DNA of 64,000 nucleotides from Christensenella sp. UBA5893 (GTDB lineage Bacteria; Bacillota; Clostridia; Christensenellales; UBA1242): NCBI GenBank assembly GCA_002431905.1, contig DJER01000007.1, positions 15,019 to 79,018 of the forward strand, read 5' to 3'. Shown piece by piece: positions 9,186 to 18,400 of this stretch (position 1 is its first letter; each line of letters starts with the position of its first letter). The notes under the pieces were generated by a model. It saw only the letters and a program-made list of their open reading frames with translations, ran no database searches and was not told where the DNA came from. The position numbers and the translations under genes were made by a program.

Positions 9186-9590
9186 ATGTTTAAGGATAGC
9201 GATAATAAATTATTTAGGTATATTGATTTTATCAAGACCACTATTATAATACTTGCATTTTTAGTTGGGGCCCTTGCAATATTTTACATTGTGGTTGGAG
9301 CTATATATTCATATCCAGAGCATATTATAACAGGGGTAATATATTTGCTTATGGCAATTTTTTTTCCTATTATCGGATACATATGTGTAGATTTTATTGC
9401 AATGTTGAGTTATGATTTGAAAACAATTAGAAATAAGTTATATGATATAAAAAATGATTCACTTAATAATCTTTTGCAATATAATAGTAATGATAACAAC
9501 TCAAATGAAAGAGAAACTATCTTATCAAACGAACAAATCGCTCAATTGTTGGACAAATTGCAAGAATACAAGGACAAAAATAAAGATTAA
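9186..9590 (+). CDS. Membrane protein, unknown function
   Basis: 134 aa with two hydrophobic helices. GGAGA RBS. Divergent from the XRE gene. Confidence 0.5.
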   Translation: MFKDSDNKLFRYIDFIKTTIIILAFLVGALAIFYIVVGAIYSYPEHIITGVIYLLMAIFFPIIGYICVDFIAMLSYDLKTIRNKLYDIKNDSLNNLLQYNSNDNNSNERETILSNEQIAQLLDKLQEYKDKNKD

Positions 9591-9632
9591 CACATCACAC
9601 TCTCTATACATATATAGTATAGGGAGTTTTTT

Positions 9633-10181
9633 ATGGGTGAAAGTGAAAATAATGTTAATGATGATAAACTTGACGAAAGCAAGTCAAATCTTACAAATGA
9701 TAATACATACGATTTAGAAAGCATAACTCAAGACCTAAGGTCTGCTCGTATAATTTCGCCAGCATATGCTGGAAGATGTGGCGAACTCAACGCAATACTT
9801 GAATATCTTTATCAAGCAACGATATTTGAAAATTTGTGGCAAAAAGATGTTGCAAGAACATTAAGACGTATTGCAAAAGATGAAATGGAACATCTAAATC
9901 TATTAGGTCGAACATTGGTTCGGTTAGGTGTTGCACCAATTTACACAACATTTCCACCACAAAGAGATTTGTTTTATTCAACAAGATATATAAATTATTG
10001 CACTGACCCAAATTTGATGCTAAAAATTTCAATTCAAGGCGAAGAAACTGCAATAAAAAATTATACAAATATGTTAAATATTTTAACAAACGAGCAAATA
10101 AAACGAATCATATCATACATTTTGGAGCAAGAAAAACAGCATTTGGAAGAACTTAACGAACTTTATAAAACATTAAATTAA
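9633..10181 (+). CDS. Ferritin-like / manganese-catalase (CotJC-like) family protein
   Basis: GELNAILEYLYQ and DEMEHLNLLGRTLVRLG resemble the di-metal helix pairs of the CotJC/Mn-catalase family. Confidence 0.6.
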   Translation: MGESENNVNDDKLDESKSNLTNDNTYDLESITQDLRSARIISPAYAGRCGELNAILEYLYQATIFENLWQKDVARTLRRIAKDEMEHLNLLGRTLVRLGVAPIYTTFPPQRDLFYSTRYINYCTDPNLMLKISIQGEETAIKNYTNMLNILTNEQIKRIISYILEQEKQHLEELNELYKTLN

Positions 10182-10261
10182 AGAATAAAAGCAAACAATG
10201 ACAAAAAGTTGTTTGTTTTTTTCTTGTTTTGACATATACTAAAAGAAAAAAGGAGAAAAGT

Positions 10262-11179
10262 ATGTACGATTGTATTATTATTGGTTGTGGTCCAAGTGGA
10301 ATGACTTGTGCAATATATCTAAAACGAGCAGGCAAATCTGTTTTGGTGTTAGAAAAATCAATGCCAGGTGGACAAGTTGTTCTTACAAAAGATATTGGAA
10401 ACTATCCTGCATTCAAAAATGTTGATGGTGTTACACTTGCAACAAGTATGTTTGAACAAATAAAAGAACTTGGTGCAGAGATAAAATTTGAAGAAGTTAT
10501 ATCTTGCAACTTGACTAGCAAGGAGAAGGTCGTAAAAACCAATAAGGGCGAATACACAGCAAAAACTGTTTATGTTTCCACGGGTGCATATGTAAAACCT
10601 CTTCAAGTTGAAAATGAAAAAAAGTTTATCAACAAAGGTATCAGTTATTGCGCAACTTGTGATGGTGCATTATTTAAGGGCAAAGATGTTGCAATTGTTG
10701 GTGGGGGCAATGTTTCTATTGAAGATTGTATTTACCTAAGCAATATTGCAAAAACTGTATATCTTATTCATAGAAGAGATACATTTACTGCCGATGAAAT
10801 TTCAGTTCAAAAAGTAAGAGAATTGGAAAAAGAAGGCATTGTTAAATTTGTATTAAATAGTGAAGTCGTTGGAATTTGTGGAGAAGATAAATTGGAAAGT
10901 ATTGTTGTCCACAACAAAATCACAGATACAACATCTGCAATTGATGTTTCGGCATTATTTATTGCAATTGGCAGAAAGCCGGACACTGGTTTTATGCTTG
11001 GTATTGAACTTGATGAAAAAGGTTATATAAAGGTTAATGACCAAAAGCAAACAAACATAAGTGGTGTCTTTGCTGGTGGGGATGTTTCCAATGGAATATT
11101 AAAACAAATTGTAACTGCGTGCAGTGATGGTGCAATTGGTGCAAGTTCAATTGTAAAATACTTGGCACAAAACAAATAA
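10262..11179 (+). CDS. trxB: Thioredoxin-disulfide reductase
   Basis: Start set at MYDCIIIGCGPSGMTCAIY (FAD GxGxxG) behind a GGAGAA RBS. Redox CATCDG motif and a second GGGN dinucleotide-binding motif. Confidence 0.9.
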   Translation: MYDCIIIGCGPSGMTCAIYLKRAGKSVLVLEKSMPGGQVVLTKDIGNYPAFKNVDGVTLATSMFEQIKELGAEIKFEEVISCNLTSKEKVVKTNKGEYTAKTVYVSTGAYVKPLQVENEKKFINKGISYCATCDGALFKGKDVAIVGGGNVSIEDCIYLSNIAKTVYLIHRRDTFTADEISVQKVRELEKEGIVKFVLNSEVVGICGEDKLESIVVHNKITDTTSAIDVSALFIAIGRKPDTGFMLGIELDEKGYIKVNDQKQTNISGVFAGGDVSNGILKQIVTACSDGAIGASSIVKYLAQNK

Positions 11180-11202
11180 TTATTTTTATTACAATAAATA
11201 TA

Positions 11203-11232
11203 AGAGAAAGTAAAAAACTTTCTCTTTTTTTT
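11203..11232 (+). terminator. Intrinsic terminator of trxB
   Basis: AGAGAAAGT/ACTTTCTCT stem followed by a T-run. Confidence 0.8.
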
Positions 11233-11265
11233 ATTAAAATTTTATTAAAAACAATGGATATTTAT

Positions 11266-11296
11266 TTGACTTTTCGACTAGGGGGGGGGGTAAACT
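11266..11296 (+). promoter_or_regulatory. Putative promoter with a G10 homopolymer in the spacer (TTGACT-19 nt-TAAACT)
   Basis: TTGACT at 11266-11271, TAAACT at 11291-11296. The spacer is TTTCGACTA plus G10 (11281-11290). This is the only long G/C homopolymer seen in the window. Confidence 0.45.
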
Positions 11297-11360
11297 ATGA
11301 TTGAATATATTAGCTTGTTTAACGCAAAATAATATATAAAAAGATTAAAAGGAGAAATAA

Positions 11361-12446
11361 ATGAGAAAAAAAGTAAAACTTTTTATGACAATTGCAAGTA
11401 TGTGTCTTGCAGTTGCAGTTCTATGTTTTGGTGTATTGTCGGCAACACAAGTATCTTATACTATTGGTGGTAGCATAAGTTATGAAGTTGATGATGTGTT
11501 TGTAAAGATAAATACAAAGATATACTCAACACCAAACCAAAAAACAGAAAGTGAAATGAATACAGATATAATAACATTATCAAGTAAAACATTTACACAA
11601 ATAGAAGCAATAACGGATTACACACTAACACAAACAATGGTAGAGTACACATCAAACGGAGCAGAGAGTTCAAATACTCACACAGCAAAAGATAGTAGTA
11701 ATAATGGAGCAAAAATAGACTACAAAGAAAACGCCTATACTTACTATATAGTAATAAATGTAGAGAACTTATCTCCAAGCAAAAGTGTATACGCATATTT
11801 GAGTGAAGATATATCTTTAAATTCAAATGCAAATACAACAGTTGCAACAAATAAAAAGCAAGATGCAATAGCAAAAGGTGAAACATCAAAGAATATAGTC
11901 ATCGGTTTTTCATTAAAAGATAAAAAAACAAGTATACCAAGTGATATTACTTTCACATCTAATTTGGTCGTAGATTATGAAGGTAATAGTCCATTAAAAG
12001 GTTATATATTTGAAGTATTAGATAGTTCATCAAAGACAATAAAACTAACAAGTTACACAGGAAGTGCAAGCAATTTAGAGATACCATCAACAGTGTCAAT
12101 AAGTGCAGATGGAACATTTATTGAAGGAAGCGATTACACAGTAACACAAATAGCAGAAGAAGCATTTAAAGGCAATACTAGTCTTGTTAGTGTGGTAGTA
12201 CCAAGTAGTGTAACAAGAATTGGGGCATATGCTTTTGACGGTTGTACATCTTTGACTAGTGCGACATTAAACGAAAAGGATGAAACTATAGATTATGTTT
12301 ATTGGTGGGCTATAACAGATGTTTCAGAATCAACAGCTTATAAATCTACTTATTTAAATGATGCAGTAACAAATGCAACTTATTTGACAACAACTTACAA
12401 AGATAAATCATTTATTCAAAAAAGGGGACCAAATATAACAAAGTAG
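11361..12446 (+). CDS. Secreted surface protein with C-terminal BspA-type leucine-rich repeats
   Basis: N-terminal signal/anchor MRKKVKLFMTIASMCLAVAVLCFGVLSA. The C-terminus has IPSTVS...IAEEAFKGNTSLVSVVVPSSVTRIGAYAFDGCTSLTSATL, the LRR_5/BspA pattern. Confidence 0.7.
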   Translation: MRKKVKLFMTIASMCLAVAVLCFGVLSATQVSYTIGGSISYEVDDVFVKINTKIYSTPNQKTESEMNTDIITLSSKTFTQIEAITDYTLTQTMVEYTSNGAESSNTHTAKDSSNNGAKIDYKENAYTYYIVINVENLSPSKSVYAYLSEDISLNSNANTTVATNKKQDAIAKGETSKNIVIGFSLKDKKTSIPSDITFTSNLVVDYEGNSPLKGYIFEVLDSSSKTIKLTSYTGSASNLEIPSTVSISADGTFIEGSDYTVTQIAEEAFKGNTSLVSVVVPSSVTRIGAYAFDGCTSLTSATLNEKDETIDYVYWWAITDVSESTAYKSTYLNDAVTNATYLTTTYKDKSFIQKRGPNITK

Positions 12447-12478
12447 AAAAAAAGATGTTCAAACGAACATCTTTTTTT
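12447..12478. terminator. Bidirectional terminator between convergent genes
   Basis: AGATGTTC/GAACATCT stem flanked by A- and T-runs. Confidence 0.8.
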
Positions 12479-12483
12479 GTTTA

Positions 12484-15400
12484 TTATCTTATCTTCATTT
12501 TCTTTCTTAAGAGAACAAATGTAAGTGTTAAACCAACAACAACAACGCAAGCAACAACAATTACAATTATTGACACCGCATTAAGTGGTTCATTTTTTAC
12601 AACTCTGTATGAGTATAAAAGTTTTCCACTTTCGCTATACAATTGAATAAAGTATGTACCTTTTTCGGTTAATTCAATTTCGTATGTGCTCTTTATCTTG
12701 TTGTCGGCAAGTGCAGAACTGTTAAGGTGAAGGTCTTTTTGTCCTGTTATTTTTAATACGCAGTCGCCAACATCTTCAATAAGGTTTGCAGTGTTGAATA
12801 ATACTTTTATTGTGTCAGTTGTTTCTTCGTTTTCTCCAATTGAAACTTGAATTGAAGGGGTTTTGTTATTTAACCAGAAACTGAATGTAAATTCTTGATT
12901 GAACTCATTCCCTGTTGCAATTGTAACAGTGTATTGACCTTTTCCTGTGAGAGCGTCAACAACCGAGAAGTTAAAGTTCTTTAGGTATGGTTTGTTATTT
13001 TTGTAAATAACTGTACCCATATTTTCATTTGTCAACTTTTCTGTTACATCAACTTCATTTTGTAAAATTTGTTTTACATAGTAGTTTTCATATTCGCTAA
13101 AGTCAAAGGCATATCTTGATTCATTCTTGTTAATTATTAAGAAGTATATTGGTTGTTCGTTAATCTCCATTGTTTTTCCTGAATCTGTAACACCGGCAGA
13201 AAACCAAATCTTATATAAGCCTGGGTCAGAGAATGTGAATGTTTTTTGGTATATGTCTTTTTCTGGTGAATATTCTTCGCCATTCTTTAATGCGTGCAAT
13301 CTTGGTTGAGCACTTTGGTCATAATATCTTGTTGTGTATGAAGGAATCTTTACAACAACATTATCATTATAAACTGCATTATTTATTGGAGATTGGTCAT
13401 TTATTGTGAATATAACTGTTTTTAGGTAGTTGATTGTGTAGAATGCTTTTGTTTCAAACAAATGTACATTTCCAGCCATATCTTTAAATACCAATTGGTA
13501 AATACCAGAGTTTGATAGAACCAAACTTGTTATATCGTTTTCAGTGGTAAGGGTAGGGGTATAAGGCGTTTGACTGTCGCCATATGTTATTTCAACATTA
13601 ACCAAGTTTTCGGCAATTCCATAATATGATTGCCAAGAAATTCTCTTTCCTGAAATGTTGTTTTCTTCTTTTGTTACAACAAATCTCTTTTCTGTTCCTG
13701 TAAGTTGAGCCGGAGTTCCTTCGTTTTCATAATATGAGAAGTTTCTTAAAATATCATTTGTTTGTGGAATAATGCTTACTGCAATCTTTCTTTCAAGTTT
13801 GCTTGATTCATTATTTGACTTTATTGTGTGAATATATGTTTCGATGTTATTTGTTACATACAAAACAGGTTCGCCATCTTCAACATAACCTTGTTCTGTG
13901 TTGTAAATTATGTCGTAATCTTTTGTGTTGATGATATAGTGGTTTGTTATCTCATAAGTTGTATTTCCGTCTTGATATGAATATTTGTTGCCTGTTTTTT
14001 GAGCGTAGTAGTTTATTCCATCAATTGTATAAACAACTTTGTAATATTCAAAATCATTGTTAGAAATTGTGAACTCAAAATATTCATCATACATTTGATT
14101 TGTAAATATGTTTGTATATTTTACAACAAGTTTGTATGTATTTGGTTCATTAACAATTTTGCCAGATGAAATTGCTTCCAAACTGTCATCGCTATGAAGC
14201 AAATAAACATCACATAAAATTTTTGCATTTGTTTGCTTAAATGTAATCTTTATTGCATTGCCGTACATTGAACCTTTGTTAAACAACTCATTTAAATTTT
14301 GATTTGATGTTCCAAGAAGTGTAAACTCTGGGACTTTGTTATAGATAATAAGGTTTAATGTGTCATAACTTCTGCCTTGAGAAATTTCCTCAACTGCAAT
14401 AAATTTCTTTATTGTGAATCTAATTTCAGAACCAAACACGCTGTTGGCAAGGTCTTTTGCAGGAGCTTTTAGAATAATTGTGTAAACATTTGAATTTGAA
14501 CCTTTTTGAGGTAAGATGATTTGACCATAACCTGAATTGTTAAATTCGGTAATCTTTCCATCAACTGACAAGTCGAATGACCTTGTGTCATATGATGAAC
14601 CAACATTAAGAATAATTCTGTCTTTTGCACTATTATATTTGAATATAATATCTTTTGTTGAGTAGTAGTATTTTACGCCATCTTCATATTTTTCAACCAA
14701 ATCAACTGAACTATTTAATTCTTTGTCAACTTTTTCGTTTCCATAGATGTTTGTAAATTCGGTTGTGTCGCCAAAGTTATCAAGTATTATGTATTTATAG
14801 AATATATTTGCCTTTGGTTCGGTTGCAACAATTTTCATATAAGTGTTGCCAAGATAATTTACATAAGTTGTTGTAATTCCCGCAGGACTAACAAGAGTTT
14901 GTCCGGCACTTGCAAAGTATATTTCATCTCTCTTTTCATACAATGCATTTTGTCTATAAGTGTTATCCTCTTTAACATACTCAAGTATTCTAACTTCAAT
15001 TGCATATATTGTTGCATCTTGAACTGATGATGTGCTTGGTATTTTGATCAAAATTCCTTCTTGTGATGCATATGTGCTTGTTTCAGAAGTGTGGAACACA
15101 GTTAGGGAAGTGTTAAGTACAGATACTGTCAATGTGATTGTGTCATAAAGTGGAACAAGTCCCAATGTTATGCTTTGTTTTTGATTGCTTGCAGAAAGTG
15201 TTGATAATTTTTTAAGAGTTATTTCACTTGTTGAAATATCAATTGGATTATATTTCGCAAGGTCATAATAAACATTGTTTGAGTAAGGAGTTTTTAGGAA
15301 TGTTTGATTTCCAATCTTGATAATACTCCAAGCAAAGTTTGCAATGTTTACTGAATCTAGTGCAAAAGCACTTTTTGCATTGATTGTAATGTTTGAACTT

Positions 15401-18400
15401 AGGTTGTCGTATGAGATGTTTTGTTTTTCATCTCTATTGTTCTGAGTGAAGGTTATTGCTGTAGTACTTGACGATGCTTTTAGGTTTGTCAAATAAATTG
15501 TGTAGATTGTGATATTCCCAGCAAGGTCAACTTCAACAATTTCAATATATTTGTTAATCAAACTATCATTTGTCAAAAGGTCATTTTCTATATCATTGAT
15601 TGAAGTAAAACCGATTTTTGAGTTTTCAAAATCGCTTGGAAGAGTTTCTTGTGAGTAAATGTTATTGTATTTTGTGTTTTCGCCATTATTGTTTTCAAAA
15701 ACTCTGTAATACATACTATAAGTGTCACCATTGTCATAACTTGTAAAGTCAAAAACTCTTTCAAGTTGTGATTTGTCAACAGGGAATGCATAATATTTAT
15801 ACAAACCAGATACTGTTGATGTGTTATATTTTGTTTCAACTGTTCTTAATAGTGAAGAATCAATTCCACTTAATGATACAAGTTTGTTCAAATTTTTGTC
15901 AGGTGCTTTTGTATCTATAACAAGTGTGCAGGTTTTTTTGAATGAACCTTCTTGGTAATCTTTTTGGTCACCTTCAAACTGCATAAAGAATTGAATTGAA
16001 TTTCCGTCTTTGTATCCACCAATATCATTAAGGCTAATGTTAACAGTGTTTACATTTTCGGAAGTGTTAATTTGATTGCTGCTTACTTTTACTTGTGTAC
16101 CGCCGTTGATTGAGTAATATATCTCATTCTTATTGATTTTTGCTCTAAATTTGTTTACTGGGTCTTCCCATTCAAGTTTAACATTTTCATTGTTTGTATA
16201 GTAGTCGCCTGATGAACCTTTTGCAAGTTCTGTTCCGTCCAAAGAAGTAACTTTAAAATCTGGAGCACCCGATTCGATACTAAATATGTAACTAAATTCA
16301 TTTTGTCCATATTGTGGCAATCCTTGTTTTATTGTCACTTTATAATATCCAACTTTTGTGAATGCTCTTCCAGAAGTTGAAGTGATGCCACTAAACTTTA
16401 GGTAGCCATCACCGTTATCGCTGTATCCTTTGTATATTTCTGTTGATTGTTCAAGAGAGGATTGTTCATATGAATATTTTATTTCAGCAGATAGGTTATA
16501 TGATGAAATCAAACTGTTAAGTTTGTCGTTTGTGTCATAATATGCAATCGAATCTTCAAGATTAAATGTCCCACCATTTGTATAGGCATATCCATATGTG
16601 TATACAGGGATGTATACAAATACTGGCAATTTGTTTGTTTGAAGAATAGGAGAGTTCTTGTCATTTGCAATCTTTGCAAGATATATATCATTAAAGAACA
16701 TCTTGTCATTTTCGTTTTCAAGAACTTGAATCTTTATTGCTTCACCAACATAACTGTACATATTTTGTGAACTTGAATCGGTTACAACTGGATTTGTAAT
16801 TATTCCGTTTCTGTCTATGATAAATGTAAATGTACGAGTGATGTAATCTTTCTTTTCAGCAAGTTTGTCGTTTAATTGTGATGTTTGTGCATATTTTCTT
16901 GTTATTACATACTTACCACTCTTGGTTTGCTTGCTTCCGGTTATATTGTTATATTCAAGATTTATTTCCCAACTATATTTGTCGCCATTTTGCTTTGCCA
17001 AAGTTTTTGTTGGGTCAAGTTTTGAATAAATAATTCCATTAACGGTTGCTGAATTATCAAAAACATAAGAGTATGTATAGTTCAAACTGTTTTGTTCATC
17101 AACTTTCTTTGAAGGGGAGAAAGGTGTGAATGTATATTCAACGCTTTCAACTTCCAAAACACCTGATTCTGGAACTGGTAAAAATTCCAAGGTCAATATT
17201 TCATTGCTATTTGCAAGTGTGTTTGCTGTGGTTGGAATATAATATTGATTTTTTGTTGATGATACGTTGTCAACATGATTAAATGAACTTAAATATAATG
17301 ATGTGTTCTTTTGGTCTTTTGTTTTGTAAATAAGGTTTGTTTGACTTGCGTCTGATGATAATTTTACTCTAAATATATTTGAATGAGTTTTCAAATATTC
17401 TTCTTCTGTAAAGTATCCGTTATTACATAATTCGTCTTGAGTATAGAAAGTTATATCTTTTCCATCTTCAAAAGGAATATGAATGCTAAACTTGTTTAAT
17501 ATATTGTTATCAATAAATTTCGTGTTTTCTTGTTCGCTCATAAGCACTTTTGCATTATTTTTTACACTGATGTAAACATCGTCAAAAGTATTTATTTGCA
17601 ATAGTTTGAAGTGACTGTTATAAATTTCGGTGTTGTTTAATATTTTGTCTAACCAACTATCATTGTTTGCAAATGGAACTGATTGTTTTAGATTTTTAAG
17701 TTTGATAACTTTGTATTGTCCAAACATAATATCAACATCGCTTGAAACAATATTTAATTCTGTTGGGTCAACAAATGTTCCATCTATTTGTTGAAGAACA
17801 ATTGAAGGAGTTTTGTCAACAACAAAGGCAAAATACTTTTCGTTTCCGGCACTATCTAATAGTTTGAATACATATAGTCCGTTTTGAGAAAGTACCGCAC
17901 TTGATGGTATGCTTTGTGTGTACATTTGAGCATTTGAGTAATCTACCGGAGTATATTCGGAGTCTTCCAAATTTATTTCGTAGTTTGAAAGAATTGAATA
18001 GTCTTTGTTGTAATACTTTTTGCACAAGTCATCGCTAAATGAATATGATGAGTTTAATGAGATAGGGAAGTATTTATATTGTGCAGAGATGACACTTCCA
18101 CTTGTTTTGTTATTCCAAGAAACTATAACGCTTTGATTTGTCATAAAATCAATTTGCTTGTTTCTTAAATATGTTGTGTTGTTGTCTTGAATATTAACAG
18201 AAAAGATTTGAATATTATCAATTTCTTCTTTATCAATGGTAAAGGTTGAACTGTAACTTCTGTTAAGGTTTTTCCCAAAATACATTGTTACAATATAATT
18301 ACCATTGCTTGAGAATACTTGACCATCATTTGAAGTGATTTCTGTGTCAATATAATTTCCTGCAAAATTTTCTTGGGTTGAAACAACAAGCCTTGTTTTT

